From Mobula hypostoma (Eukaryota), in the NCBI RefSeq assembly GCF_963921235.1, contig NC_086106.1, positions 25,482,001-25,546,000 of the forward strand: a stretch of DNA of 64,000 nucleotides, given 5' to 3'. Of the stretch, positions 1-12,308 are shown piece after piece; position 1 is the first letter of the stretch, and each line of letters opens with the position of its first letter. The position numbers and the translations under genes were made by a program. The notes below the pieces were generated by a model that worked only from the letters and a program-made list of their open reading frames with translations, was not told where the DNA came from and did no database searches.

Positions 1-590
1 CGATATTAATCCAAGTTCCCTCCTTTCCCCACTCTAGCCCTTTCCGCTCCCTGGCTATTTTTCCGACCTCTTTCTCGCTCTCCTCCTACATCTCCTTGCG
101 CTTTCTTCTACTTCCCTCTGGTTGGCATCATTTTTTTCTCGCTCTCGCTCTGTGTCGCTCTCGTTCATTCATTCACTTTCTCTCGCCCTTCACCATATTT
201 CGCTCTCCATATTTCTTTGGCTATCTTGCTTTTTAGTTTCTCACGCATTGTTCTCGAAATCCTTCTGTCCGCTCCTCAGACACAACACACTGTTTACATT
301 CATCCTCATCATACTCTGGCTTACTCTATTGCACATCGGAACAATGCATAAGAGTCATGCCACTGACAGTAGAGAGAAAGAGAGCAGAATTTGCTCGGAG
401 GAGGGGTGGTAGTGTTTTGCAGAGCGTATCCCCCGTCGCTGAAGCCTTGAGCAGCCTGTCCGGAGGAGAATGCGATGACGTCTTCGCCCCATGGACGAGC
501 TTGATTTGAATTTTGAGGGAACACCGAAGGTACCCGTTAGAGCAAGCAAACACTAACAACTCTGTGGCATCCGGTTCCTGTATTGACGTG

Positions 591-871
591 CAACGTTAAG
601 TACGGAATTGCGCAATGCTATTCGGTGAGGACAGCAGAATCCTCCCGAACATATTTAAGCGGAACAGCTGCCATTTTTGTACAGAGACCCGAAGTCCTGA
701 CCGATCTGTCTTCGCCTAGAACTATATCTCCAGTCATGAATGTTTTCGTAGTTTTTTCCAGAATATTGAACTCCGCCAGATTGCAAGTTACTGCAGCACA
801 GTAACACGGTCTGCCCTTCCAAGGCCATTAAATCCTTTCTATTGGGGTTACAAAATCTGCACCACTCGACC
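591..871 (-). pseudogene. TCR V relic, family C copy 1
   Basis: Acceptor TTGTAACAG at 872-873. Reads GSSGADFV..DLMALEGQTVLLCCS..VQYSGK..EDSAV..*HCA with frameshifts and stops. Paralogous to 36207-36496 and 44846-45132. Confidence 0.55.
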
Positions 872-1599
872 CTGTTACAAACCTCAAATGTTTGAGCGGC
901 GCCGGAACGCACTGACCCTGCAGAACACGCTCCGACCGAATAAACAAATTCAACAGGTAGAATAATCGATACAAAAGAACATCCATGGGGTAGTTGTATC
1001 GGCAACATCGTACATTAAATCAATTAAACAGATCATGATTTGAAAACGTTACTGCGATATAAGACAGGTGATTAAATTAAGGACTAGCAGTGACTTTCTC
1101 GGAGACTCTGTACTTTCGTTTCGAAGTATTTTCGCCTTTTACTTCTAAAATAGGTCATGAGAATGGACTGACGTTTATTGACTCATTTCTTCTCTTCCTA
1201 TTCTCTCTCTCTCTCTCTCTCTCGCTGTTCCATTCACCCTTTCCCCCTCATTCCAACCGCTATCTTTTTTTTTGTTTCGGCTTTCTACTGTATTTTCCTT
1301 TCTCCTTCACTGTCTGATGTATCTCACTGTCTCATTTCATCTCGCTTACGTCCGCCTCTCTATGTCCTCATCCTATTCGACTCTCTCAGTTTCTCTCTGT
1401 CACTGTCAAGTCCTCTTTCTAATTCTTGCATTCTCTATCCCGCCTTAAGATCTTTCCCACCCACCTCTCCGCAGCACCTTTCCCAGATGCTGAAAACGGC
1501 CCCAGATAAATAAGTAACAATATAAAATTGTGATACGAAGAATTTGTTTCCAGCGGATGATGTTTTGCAATCCTCTCTCACAAAGAGCTGCGGAGGCAG

Positions 1600-1870
1600 T
1601 GATTTCCTCTAAAACACAGAGATTATGTTTACATCGTCAAGAACTCCAGGATATCTGCAAGCTTCTGTAAAATATAAACAGAGAATTTTGAGGGGTCTCA
1701 GATAGTTTGGTCTTTCTCTGCTCGCCTTTGAGTGTAAACGTGGAACTAGTCCTGGTTACGGCGACAACTACTCCTTATTCAAGTATCCAATGTCCACGTC
1801 TCGCATACTTACAAAACAGAGTAGGGAGATACTGCAACAATGTTTTACGGAAAGGGAAATCCTGACCACA
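1600..1870 (-). pseudogene. Highly decayed TCR V relic
   Basis: One frame from 1864 reads QDFPFRKTLLQYLPTLFCKY...LQISWSS*RCKHNLCVLE. Q-to-Cys spacing is 17 and 82 codons versus 17 and 84 in the intact V at 40 kb. Degenerate heptamer CACTGCC at 1595-1601. Confidence 0.4.
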
Positions 1871-1877
1871 AAGATAA

Positions 1878-3073
1878 AGGCTACGTCCTCACTAGACCGG
1901 ATAATTTTGAAAACGACAGGCGTCCACACTAGGCGTTTATCAAAATATCTCTGTACACACTAAAACGGATATTTGGGCGATACTACTCCACTGTGCAAGC
2001 GCAGACACATCTGCAGAAAACAGGCGAAGAGGAAACGGTTTAATATTTACGTTTCCACGGGTGCGTTGTGCTATTTTCATTGCTGAAAAACTAGAGTACC
2101 AGTAACACCAGCGAAAGAAAGTTTTCAGCTATGTCTTCGAGGAATACAAAGAAAACCTCTGCTGGGAAAATCAGACTGGACTTCTTTGTTTAGATGGACA
2201 ATGAAGTCGAGCTGTTTCTCCGAGTTACAAACGACTACTCAGTCAGCAAAGCAGTGGAGCTGTTTAATTCCAAACAAACTATTAACGTAGACAATAAAGT
2301 AAACAACACACACATGAAACCGTCCTCTACCCAAGATCAACAAGATCAACAATTAAATGTTTTATGGTCAACTCGACATAGAGTACCAATCTACCATCAA
2401 ACGCAAACCAATTAGGAGCAGAAGAGGGCATTCAACTGAATGTGAAATACTAACTACCAAGTAAGATGTGTGCAGAATTTCATTTTCCCCCGCACAATTA
2501 AAGCATGGAATAATCTTAATCCGAAAACAGTCACACAACCAAACCCAATTAAATTTAAGGCAGCTTTTCTTCTTCAAAAATCTACTTTTAAAGCCCACCC
2601 TCCGCCACTCCCAGTTTAAATTCCATGCGGAATACCTTGGAGGATCAAGAACCAAGAGAGTGGAATCTTCTGTCGGTAGACCTGCGCAGTATTTCTGACA
2701 GTAATATTTTTTAAAGGTAGACTCAATCAAATCAATTTAGGGGATATAGTCAAAAAAGCTTACTTTACAATTTAGCTCTCACTCCGTTCACACCACACCG
2801 ACTGCACGTTATAACAACTGCCCGGCAGTGCTTGCGCAGTACCAAGCAGAAGCAGAAAAAAACATTATTGTGGTGGTGTTGTCATGAAACGTTTCACTAC
2901 CCGGTTCTCACTACAACGCGAAACACTCGTTTTCAAATTTACACACCCTGGAGAGTGTTTTCGAAAATCTCCGTTTTCGGGGGATGAAAACGCTGTTTCA
3001 GTGAGACGGAGGGACAAAGCGAAAAGAAAAATCTTCGTTTTCAAAATTATCCGGCGTAGTGTGCACGTAGCCT
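1878..3073. mobile_element. Non-autonomous PIF/Harbinger-like DNA transposon
   Basis: TIRs AGGCTACGTCCTCACTAGACCGGATAATTTTGAAAAC and reverse-complement AGGCTACGTGCACACTACGCCGGATAATTTTGAAAAC, flanked by TAA/TAG. Internal FV*MDNEVELFLRVTNDY resembles the Harbinger Myb-like ORF remnant. Confidence 0.7.
2345..2745 (+). mobile_element. LINE 3' end fragment nested in the Harbinger element
   Basis: Remnant of an RT C-terminal motif (..SFFPRTIKAWNNL-like) at about 2475-2520, followed by an AT-rich tail. Confidence 0.4.
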
Positions 3074-3228
3074 TAGGGTGAGGTGGATGTTCTTTCACCA
3101 GAATATCGGGCATGTTTGATGTTTTATGAGCTATGTTTGCTTGTCTGCTGCAGAAACAGCGGTGATCGAGCAGTTTCGATCTGTATTGGAGATCACAGGG
3201 ATAGGTAATGCTGATGTTAAATCAGTGT

Positions 3229-3267
3229 GACTATTGAGAAGGCAATGTGAATATTGAGAGCACAATG
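3229..3267 (-). other. Degenerate 23-RSS of the V at 3268-3543
   Basis: Heptamer CATTGTG (3261-3267), 23-nt spacer, nonamer TCAATAGTC (3229-3237). Confidence 0.5.
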
Positions 3268-3543
3268 GGTTGAAAGGCACAAAGCGAAACGATGGAATCC
3301 GGAAGAGTCTCGGAAATATATAAATGATACTGCTGGCCAGTTTTGTTCAGAGAACCTGAAACCCTGAACGGAATGCCTTCAGATTGAACTGCGTTTCCAT
3401 TCCAGAATAGTATCAACAATGTTTTCCGAGATTTTCCAGGACGTTACCAGTTTCCGAGTAGCTGCATCTCAGTGACACTCTCTCTTCTTCATCAATCATT
3501 AATTCCGGCCAATCCTGAATCACAGAGTGTGCCCCACTTGTAT
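3268..3543 (-). pseudogene. TCR V exon (family E) cut off from its leader by the LTR insertion
   Basis: Acceptor TTACAG. Reads TSGAHSVIQDWPELMIDEEERVSLRCSYSETGNV, then a frameshift/deletion losing the Trp, then LLILFWNGNAVQSEGIPFRVSGSLNKTGQQYHLYISETLPDSIVSLCAFQP. Confidence 0.75.
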
Positions 3544-3549
3544 CTGTAA

Positions 3550-4435
3550 TGTTACATGCTCAAGGAGATACGTTTTATTTTTTGTGAAAATGATGTAATA
3601 GTCTTTTGGAGGTCACCTGATGTGATTTTCTCGCCGATGTGAGGTCACGTGATGACATGTGCCCCGTGACTATATATGGGCGGACCCAGGTGACGCAGGA
3701 GTCTTTCTTTTAGTTTGTAGACTTCCAGGTAGAACGTGCTGTATCTCCGTTTCTGTTGCGTGTTTGTTTTTGGTGACGTAGTTTTATTTTTAAAACGGAG
3801 TGTGCGTTCTGTTGCAAAATAGCAAACTGGAATATTTTGCTAGATGTGTTGATTTAATCAATTCCAACATTAGAAGGGAGAGTGAAGATTCTATAGAAGT
3901 TACAGGATCGAAGGACCGAAAGGAGTCGGCATCATTTGGCAGTTTAATAAAGGATCGACCTTATTGAGTCTTCGTTGGAGGAGTAGCGACCTGCTTCGAG
4001 ATAACTCTTGCCAAAAAGAGCAAGGAGTTCATGCAAAAAGGCGCTCTCTCTCTCTAAAGCAATTTAAGACAGTTGATTTAAATTGCTTTTTTTTCGGCAT
4101 CGTGAATCCTGTGGACAGAACCAGCAGGAAACTTGAGTCTGTGAAGAAATCCTTCTCCAGAGAAGTCTCTCCCAATTGAACGTGTAATTCTGTTGGACTT
4201 TCGAAGTTATCGCTTTAAGAACTATATTTGATTTTATCGCTTTAAAAACTGTTTTCGCATTTAACGCTTTAAGAATCAGAGCCGAGTGGCGAATTGGTGA
4301 ACGGGTGCATATCTGTTAACTTCCGGTTAAAGTTTTTGTTTATTTTTTCCTTATCGGTTATCCGTGTTTCTTAAATGTTTGGTTGTTTTTATATAACCTG
4401 TCTCGATTGATATTCATTGTTGCCGTTTTCGTACA
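3550..4435 (+). repeat. 5' LTR of outer Gypsy element
   Basis: Starts TGTTACATG and ends CGTACA. Collinear with 13952-14837 but visibly diverged. Confidence 0.9.
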
Positions 4436-4571
4436 TTAAACAGTTGGTGCTCGGTCAGGATATGTCCCGATTTTGAGTTTAAGTGCTGGTAATTGCCATT
4501 TTGATTTGGAAAATTTGGAAAACTGTCCCGATTTTTTTTTTGACTGGTGTGCGTGTTTTTTTCGGCAAACA

Positions 4572-5086
4572 ATGGATATTAACGGGTTTTTGGATACGCC
4601 TGATTCGAGATCATTAGAGAATGCCAGAAAACCTGAGGTATTCGAGATTTCAAGGAAGTTGGATATTAAAGGAATTACGAGAAATTCTACGAAGGCTTTC
4701 ATACAAAGAAAAATCGCTGAACGTTATATGAATTTGGAATTGTCTGATGCTGAGGTGTTAGAGCAGTTTCCACTGAGTATTCTGGAAATGCAGTTACATC
4801 TTCAACAGTTAAAGTTTGAAAGATTTAAAGTGGAAATGAAAGAGAGAGAAGCTGAAAACCAGAGGAAGTTTGAGCTAGAGATAGAGAAAATAAGGTCTGT
4901 GAGTCAGTCTTCTGGTTCTACGGAACAGTTTATTGCTAGTCGTGCGTTGTTTTAGCTCCTCCATTTAATGAAGCTGATGTGGGCACTTATGACCAACATT
5001 TCGAAATAGTTGGTCTGCGTTTAAAGTGGCGAAAGACCAATGACCAGTGATGTTACAAAGTGTAATTATAGACAAGGCACAACAAG
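4572..5086 (+). pseudogene. Gag fragment of outer element
   Basis: MDINGFLDTPDSRSLENARK..., homologous to the N-terminus of the 9234-12209 ORF. Stop at 4955, then LQSVIIDKAQQ, truncated by the Penelope insertion. Confidence 0.8.
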
Positions 5087-7125
5087 AGGGAGGGATGGAG
5101 CCAAGAGCCGGACAGGTGATTGGTAAAGGGGATATGAGAGGATCATGGGACAGAAGGTCCGGGAAGAAAGACAACCGGGGGGGGGGGGGGTACACAGACG
5201 ATGGGCAAGGAGTATATTCAGAGGGACAGAGGGAGAAAAAGGAGAGTGAGAGAAAGAAAGTGTGTATAAAAATAATGACCAGATGGGGTACGAGGGGCAG
5301 TTGGCGCATTAGCGGTAGTTAGAGAAGTCGATGTTCATGCCATCAGGTTGGAGGCTACCCAGACGGAATATAAGGTGTTGTTCCTTCAACCTGAGTGTGG
5401 CTTCATCTTTACAGTAGTGGTGGCCGTGAATAGACATGTCAGAATGGGAATGGGATGTGGAATTAACATGTGTGGCCACTGGGAGATCCTGCTTTCTCTG
5501 GCAGACAGAGCGTAGGTGTTCAGCAAAGCGGTCTCCCAGTCTGCGTCGGGTCTCGCCAATATATAAAAGGCCATATCGGGAGCACCGGACGCAGTATATC
5601 ACCCCAGCCGACTCACAGGTGAAGTGATGCCTCACCTGGAAGGACTGTTTGGGGCCCTGAATGGTGGTAAGGGAGGAAGTGTAAGGGCATGTGTAGCACT
5701 TGTTCCGCTTACACGGATAAGTGCCAGGAGGGAGATCAGTGGGGAGGGATGGGGGGGACGAATGGACATGGGAGTCGCGTAGGGAAGGATATCTGCGGAA
5801 TGCAGGGGGGGGGGAGGGGAAGATGATCTTAGTGGTGGGATCCCGTTGGAGGTGGCGGAAGTTACGGAGAATAATATTTTGGACCCGAAGGCTGGTGGGG
5901 TGGTAGGTGAGGACCAGGGGAACCGTATTCCTAGTGGGGTGGTGGGAGGATGGAGTGAGAGCAGATGTACGTGAAATGGGGGAGATGCGTTTAAGAAGAG
6001 TTGATAGTGGAGGAAGGGAAGCTCCTTTCTTTAAAAAAGAAAGACATCTCCATCGTCCTAGAATGAAAAGCCTCATCCTGAGAGCAGAAGAGGCAGAGAC
6101 GGAGGAATTGCGAGAAGGGGGTGGCGTTTTTGCAAGAGACAGGGTGAGAAGAGGAATAGTTCAGATAGCTGTGAGCGTCAGTAGGCTTATAGTAGACATC
6201 AGTGGATAAGCTGTCTCCAGAGATAGAGAAAGAAAGATCTAGAAAGGAGAGGGAGGTGTCGGAAATGGACCAGGTAAACTTGAGGGCAGGGTGAAAGTTG
6301 CAGGCAAAGTTAATAAAGTCAACGAGCTCTGCATGCGTGCAGGAAGCAGCACCAATGCAGTCGTCGATGTAGCGAAGGAAAAGTGGGGGACATATACCAG
6401 AATAGGTACGGAACATAGATTGTTCCACAAAGCCAACAAAAAGGCAGGCATAGCTAGGACCCATGCGGGTGCCCATAGCTACACCTTTAGTTTGGAGGAA
6501 GTGGGAGGAGCCAAAGGAGAAATTATTAAGAGTAAGGACTAATTCCACTAGTCGGAACAGAGTGGTGGTAGAGGGGAACTGATTAGGTCTGGAATCCAAA
6601 AAAAAGAGTAGAACTTTGAGACCTTCCTGATGGGGGATGGAAGGATGGGTAGCCTCCAACCTGATGGCATGAACATCGACTTCTCTAACTTCCGCCAATG
6701 CCCCACCTCCCCCTCGTACCCCATCTGGTACTTATTTTTATACACACATTCTTTCTCTCAATCTCTTTTTTCTCCCTCTGTCCCCCTGAATATACCGCTT
6801 GCCCATCCTCTGGGTACCCCCCTCCTTGTCTTTCTTCCCGGACCTCCTGTCCCATGATACTCTCGTATCCCTTTTGCCTATCACCTGTCCAGCTCTTGGC
6901 TCCATTCCTCCCCTTCCTGTCTTCTCCTATCATTTTGGATCTCCCCCTCCCCCTCCAACTTTCAAATCCCTTACTCACTCTTCCTTTAGTTAGTCCTGAC
7001 GAAGGGTCTCGGTCTGAAACGTCGACTGCACCTCTTCCTAGAGATGCTTCCTGGCCTGCTGCATTCACCAGCAACTTTTATATGTGTTGCTTGAGTTTCC
7101 AGCAACTGCAGAATTCCTGTTGTTT
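5087..7125 (-). mobile_element. Penelope-like retroelement (RT + GIY-YIG), 5'-truncated, with inverted terminal-repeat copy
   Basis: RT motifs GVAMGTRMGPSYA and LRYIDD (ORF 5991-6698). GIY-YIG VIYCVRC..LYIGETRRRLGDRFAEH (ORF 5309-6076). The terminal segment at 5087-5365 recurs inverted at about 6645-6925. Confidence 0.9.
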
Positions 7126-7700
7126 TAGTAATTTTATGTCTGGGTTATTTCAACAGATAGTTTAAAAACTCGGAGCAAAATAGATTGTTTCCTCAGCCTA
7201 TCATCCAGAATCACAAGGAGCCTTGGAGAGATTTCATTCTGCACTAAAAACTATGATTACGATGTATTGTGTAGAAAATGAAAAGGAATGGGATGAAGGT
7301 ATACATTTACTACTTTTTACAGTAAGGGAGGCTGTACAGGAATCATTAGGTTTCAGTCCTTTTGAACTTGGGTTTGGACATAGAGTTCGAGGACCTTTGG
7401 CTTTGTTGAAGGAACAGTGGATTAATAAGGAAGTACAGACTAGTTTGCTAGATTATGTTTTGAAATTTAAAGACAGATTGTACAAAGTTTGCAGCTTGGC
7501 AAAGGAAAATATAAATTCGCTCAAGAGAAGATGAAGACGTGGGATGATAAGGAAGGTAGGATGAGGTCATTTAAGCCTGGAGGTAAGGAGTTGGTTCTTT
7601 TCCCAGTTACAAGCCAAATTCCATGGTCCTGATGATATTAAATCTAAGGTAAATGATGTGGATTATGTGGTAAAAACCCCAGAATCGAGAAAGACAACTC
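7126..7700 (+). pseudogene. Integrase fragment of outer element
   Basis: YHPESQGALERFHSALKTM..WDEGIHLLLFTVREAVQESLGFSPFEL. Confidence 0.85.
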
Positions 7701-7879
7701 AACTGTGTCATATAAATATGCTATACCGTACTATGAGACAGAAGTTTCTACTATGGCTGTTGTGGTCAATAATGAGTCTGATCTTGATGAGAACTTTATA
7801 GAGGAGTCATCTGAAGCGCATTTTAAACCCAACATTATTTCAGCCAGGTTACGAAATTCAAAAATTCTGGAAAATATTG

Positions 7880-8180
7880 ATTAAAAAAATAGCTCATTTA
7901 CAGCCGGAGCAGAAAGAGAAGATGAAACAGTCAATTTTTAAGTATAGAGATTTATTTCCAGACATCCCTAGAAGAACCATCGTAGCTACACATGATGCAG
8001 ATGTTGTAGATGCCAAACACATAAAACAGCATCCATATAGAATGAACAGGGAAAAATGTGAACTTGCTGAACAAGAAATTAAGTATATGTTACAGAATGA
8101 TATTATTAGACATTCCAATTCGATTTGGAGTTCACCATGTGTTATGGTGCCTAAGCCAGACAATAGTATTAGGTTTGTAT
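7880..8180 (+). pseudogene. RT N-terminal part of outer element
   Basis: IKQHPYRMN..IIRHSNSIWSSPCVMVPKPDNSIRF. Continues after the nested element at 13190. Confidence 0.85.
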
Positions 8181-9061
8181 TGTTACGTACCCCGTAACTG
8201 GGTTGCCAAACCAGCAGAAATGGATCACTCAGTTGGAGTCTGGAGTACTAGAACTAAGAAAGTTTTATTAAAGAAACAAGCAACACAGTAATCGAAAGGA
8301 TAATAAATGCAACAGTTCAGTGATGATAAACACACATGTGCACAGAATTAAGATAACAGCATCAATCAAGCTCTATCGTTGTCTAGGGGTAAATGACCAA
8401 TTTCAAAATGACTCAAAGTTCAGTCCAGTTTAGTAGTTCAGTTCGCAGTAATCGTTGCCATGGCGGTGGACAATGTGGGGGAAGAGAGAGAATGAATAGG
8501 AACAACTCATCATTCAGAACGGCTTCACTCACAGACCAGCAGGATGGCTCACAGACCAGCGAGATGGCTCACAAACAGCTTTTTGGGCGGGTCCTTGGTG
8601 ATGTCACCTGAGGTCACCGACTGTGACCCCTCCTCCAGATGCGGTCGATCCTCTGCAGTGAACCCGGCACCCAGGCAAGGGCGGACACACACCGGGTTCC
8701 CGCTGATCGTACCTTTCCACCCTTGTCGTTGTCTGGGACTTCTCACCCACTCGTGAGAAGCGCACCGCTTCCAGGGTCTCGTTACCTCGGGTGGCGTGTG
8801 TGTCTGTCTTAGCGAACCTGTCCCTTTTTATCCCCCTGCTGGGGTATCGCCTGTCCATCACTTCAAACAGTTCAGGGTTCAAAGGGGGGAGCCGCTCCAG
8901 ACAGCTCTTCCTCCCACATCCCTTCATTACACATCTCCAGACGCTGCTCCATTGTTCCTTATCTCTCCTTCCCCTGAGGGCAGGTGGCAGACCAACTGCT
9001 GATGCCACTGATGCTAGCCCAGGCCAGCAAACATCTTAATTTTATGTGTATTCTCGTAACA
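8181..9061 (-). repeat. 3' LTR of inner element
   Basis: TGTTACG...CGTAACA, direct repeat of 12309-13189. Confidence 0.95.
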
Positions 9062-9233
9062 CTTCCCCCCTTTAAGGATTTTTACCGGGAGGTAAAAATT
9101 ACAAACATGACTACATTATCTGATACATACACAATATACATCTTTAACAGTTATTTAGCTAATACAGAGAATTTGAAGCTGTCAACACCTTGACAGACAG
9201 TCATCACATTTTCTGTTCCTTTTACACGTGTTA

Positions 9234-12209
9234 TTAATAATCCCTTAGACCAGGCTCCAACTCAGCAAACTTCATAGTGGCCAAAAACACTGATGAATTG
9301 CGACCAATGTAACCTCTCATTTGGTTTTGTCCCGGACCACAATAACAAGGGTCGTCCCATTCCGACTCAGTTTTCTCTCGCAAGGGCTTAGTAGGAGGGG
9401 GACGGGTATTGACCGCAGAGTTATTGCAAAACTTCCTGCAGTACCCCACCATCTCCAAGAGCCTTCTGAGGGCCCTCCTGTCTGTCGGGGTTGGGAGGTC
9501 AGCGATAGCCTGCACTGTAGCTTGCATCACTGCCAGCTGCCCCTGTGTCACCACAATTCCCAGGTAAGTGACTCTCGTGTGGCCGAATTCATTTTTTCCA
9601 AGGCTCACTATCACGCTGGCTTCAGACAGCCGTATTAAATTGCCAATACACACCTCTGTGTTCATCAGCCCTTTAGTCACTGAATTACTCAAAAAATATG
9701 GGTGTTGTTTACTTGGCCGCCCTATTGTAACCGACATAACCCAACGTCCCAGTTCTTTGCATTTCCTCGGGACAATCAAACACATGGGTGCGAGTCGTTT
9801 AATTACTCCTTCGGGGATTAAGGGAGAGACCTTATCAGTAGACCTGGCCAAAACAATAGCCTTCTCCCATCTGACCGATCCCATCCTAATCTTTTCAAAA
9901 TGGTTTTTTCCTCTTATCAAGGGGCCCCTAGCTTCATTGATTTCCACGCTAACACCGACTAGGTTTGTTAGCATATCAAAAGCCGGTGACCGTCTCAGTT
10001 CGCGTCGGTCATGATCAATAACATTCTTCCCCCTGGGCAGCCGGTAAATCTCTTTCATGATTCCACCAACTGTTTCCTCCAGCACCGCAAAATGTCCACC
10101 GGGGGGTACCTCGTGGGCCATGTTAAAAACCTCATCCCCATAACTCTTTTGCACCACCCCCCACTCCTCATCTGCGGATGCTGTACTTGATTTCCCTTTC
10201 TTCCTTAGCACTTCCTCATCCGCACAATAGCCTACTAGTTCCCTTGTCAAGGCTGTGTCAGAGAGAGCTGTCTCGGCCAAAACCATCAGCCCCTCGTCTC
10301 GCTCCTGCGTCTGCACAAATTCTTTCCTGGCTACTGCTACGTCCGTCCCAGCTCCCTCACTACCTCTTATCTCACTACACCCTGTCTCATACAAGGTTGG
10401 CAGGAATGTTTCAGCCAAATTCACCATCGCGGGCGGGGCCCCCATGCTGGCAGGCTGACCCGTCAATCTCACGACTGGGAACACGATTCCTCCGGCGATG
10501 TCATTACCGAGCAAGACTTCCACGTCTTTCATCGGTAATTCGGACCTCACCCCGATCGTGACTAGTCCAGAGACCAGGTTGCTCTGTAAATGTATCTGGT
10601 GCAAAGGGACTGACTCTGTCCCTTCCCCAACACCTTTGACCTCTACCTCCCCAGTCTGGGTCTCTGAGCTAAACTCTAATACACTCTTCAGTATTAGTGA
10701 CTGACACGCTCCCGTGTCTCTCCAGATCCGCACTGGAACTGGTTTTAACCTCTTTTTCACTGACACCAGTCCGGCCGAGATAAACCTCTCGCGCCCTTCC
10801 TGGACTTTTTCAGACCTGTCCTTCCCTAGCGGTTCGCTTAACAGCTCAATACAGCCATTCAAAATTTCCGCTTTTCCTTTCCCCGTCTCCTTCCTTGGGG
10901 CAAAGCACCTGGACGCAAAGTGTCCGACTTTCCCACAATTATAACAGACGACTCCAGGAGACTTCCTACCAGACTGCTCCCGGTCTACCTTATCCTTTTC
11001 ACTAGTCCCCGGCTTACTTTCTGACTTTTCCGGTGGACTCTCCCCGCCGTCCTGACTACCCTTCTGGTAGCCTTTACTCGGGGCAACCTTCATTTTATGC
11101 GTCAACGCATACTCATCCGCTAACTTAGCAGTTGCGGCTAACGTGGCTGCCTCTTTCTCATCGAGGTAGGGTCTCATACCCTCAGGGACACAACCTTTAA
11201 ACTGCTCAATCAGAACCAGTTGCAGCAGTCTGTCATAATCCCCCTCTACCCCTTTCGAGGCGCACCAACGCTCACAATATGTTTGCATCTCGCGAGCAAA
11301 CTCCAAATACGTGCGGTCCCACCGCTTCCTCGCATTTCGGAACCTCTGCCGGTATGCCTCCGGGACCAACTCATAAGTCCTGAGGATGGCCTCCTTCACC
11401 ACCTCATACTTCTGGGCATCTTCCGGGGATAAAGCGGAGTAAGCTTGTTGGGCTTTCCCTTTCAGTACACTCTGAAGTAAAACAACCCACTTATCCCTCG
11501 GCCAGTCCTGACTTATAGCTACTTTTTCGAAGTGGAGAAAGTACCGATCCACATCGGTATCGTCAAATGGGGGAACCAGCCTAACCTCCTGGGTCGCCCG
11601 GAACCCTCCACCTTGGTTCGGCACGAGCCCCTGCTCGGCCCTTATCTTTAACTTCTCCAGCTCAAATTCCCTTTCCCTCTGTTTCTCCTCTCTCTCCAAC
11701 TGCCTGTCCCTCTCTCTCTCTTCTCTCTCCAACTGTCTTTCTCTCTCTTGCCTTTCTAACTCTTTCTCTCTCTCCCGCCTTTCTAACTCTCTCTCTTTCT
11801 CCTGCCTTTCTAACTCTCTCTCTTTCTCCCGCCTTTCTAACTCTCTCTCCTGCCTTTCTAACTCTCTCTCTTTCTCCCGCCTTTCTAACTCTCTCTCCTG
11901 CCTTTCTAACTGCTTCTCTTCGTGTTCTAACTGCCGTACCCGGAACTCGTGCTCGAGTCTCAGTTTTTCAAGCTGTACCTGTACCGCGTCTCCAGCAGGT
12001 TTTTCAATAGACACCACCCCCAGCTCACCTTGGGGAAACACACCTTTAGATACATAGTGCTCTACAATAGCTCTGTGTATCTCCTCTCTCCTCAGTGTCG
12101 ACCTCACCTTAGCAAGATTCACCCGTTTTGCCACAGCTATCAATTCCGATTTCCTGGCATCCTCTAATGCCTCCAAGGTCGGCGCCTTTATAAATTCCTC
12201 AACCTCCAT
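9234..12209 (-). CDS. 991-aa Gag (coiled coil, SCAN-like capsid, CCHC knuckle) - protease - deleted-pol fusion ORF
   Basis: LVPPFDDTDVDRYFLHFEK, ELVPEAYRQRFRN, CYNCGKVGHFASRC, RDTGACQS. Remnants AHEVPPGGHFA (integrase Zn finger) and GHTRVTYLG..LEMVGYCRKF (RT C-terminus). No YxDD motif. Confidence 0.9.
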   Translation of the reverse strand: MEVEEFIKAPTLEALEDARKSELIAVAKRVNLAKVRSTLRREEIHRAIVEHYVSKGVFPQGELGVVSIEKPAGDAVQVQLEKLRLEHEFRVRQLEHEEKQLERQERELERREKERELERQERELERREKERELERQEKERELERREREKELERQERERQLEREERERDRQLEREEKQREREFELEKLKIRAEQGLVPNQGGGFRATQEVRLVPPFDDTDVDRYFLHFEKVAISQDWPRDKWVVLLQSVLKGKAQQAYSALSPEDAQKYEVVKEAILRTYELVPEAYRQRFRNARKRWDRTYLEFAREMQTYCERWCASKGVEGDYDRLLQLVLIEQFKGCVPEGMRPYLDEKEAATLAATAKLADEYALTHKMKVAPSKGYQKGSQDGGESPPEKSESKPGTSEKDKVDREQSGRKSPGVVCYNCGKVGHFASRCFAPRKETGKGKAEILNGCIELLSEPLGKDRSEKVQEGRERFISAGLVSVKKRLKPVPVRIWRDTGACQSLILKSVLEFSSETQTGEVEVKGVGEGTESVPLHQIHLQSNLVSGLVTIGVRSELPMKDVEVLLGNDIAGGIVFPVVRLTGQPASMGAPPAMVNLAETFLPTLYETGCSEIRGSEGAGTDVAVARKEFVQTQERDEGLMVLAETALSDTALTRELVGYCADEEVLRKKGKSSTASADEEWGVVQKSYGDEVFNMAHEVPPGGHFAVLEETVGGIMKEIYRLPRGKNVIDHDRRELRRSPAFDMLTNLVGVSVEINEARGPLIRGKNHFEKIRMGSVRWEKAIVLARSTDKVSPLIPEGVIKRLAPMCLIVPRKCKELGRWVMSVTIGRPSKQHPYFLSNSVTKGLMNTEVCIGNLIRLSEASVIVSLGKNEFGHTRVTYLGIVVTQGQLAVMQATVQAIADLPTPTDRRALRRLLEMVGYCRKFCNNSAVNTRPPPTKPLREKTESEWDDPCYCGPGQNQMRGYIGRNSSVFLATMKFAELEPGLRDY
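11695..11930 (-). repeat. In-frame tandem repeat encoding an E/R/K-rich coiled coil
   Basis: Repeated CTTTCTAACTCTCTCTC units encoding ERQERELERREKERELE. Confidence 0.85.
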
Positions 12210-12285
12210 TTCTGCTGTTTGTCTTTTCTTTCTTTCGGGAATTTTAACCCAATCAATTTACTCCGTCCAAAATTTAGCGTTCAAA

Positions 12286-12304
12286 ATCGCGGACGAGAAC
12301 CCCA
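12286..12304 (-). promoter_or_regulatory. Primer-binding site, tRNA-Pro-like
   Basis: TGGGGTTCTCGTCCGCGAT versus the canonical Pro PBS TGGGGGCTCGTCCGGGAT, 4 nt inside the 5' LTR. Confidence 0.7.
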
Positions 12305-12308
12305 CTTA

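Noticed and set aside
9234-12209. 991-aa ORF as a domesticated host gene
   Set aside because: It is bounded by near-identical LTRs with a TSD, so it is a recent element.
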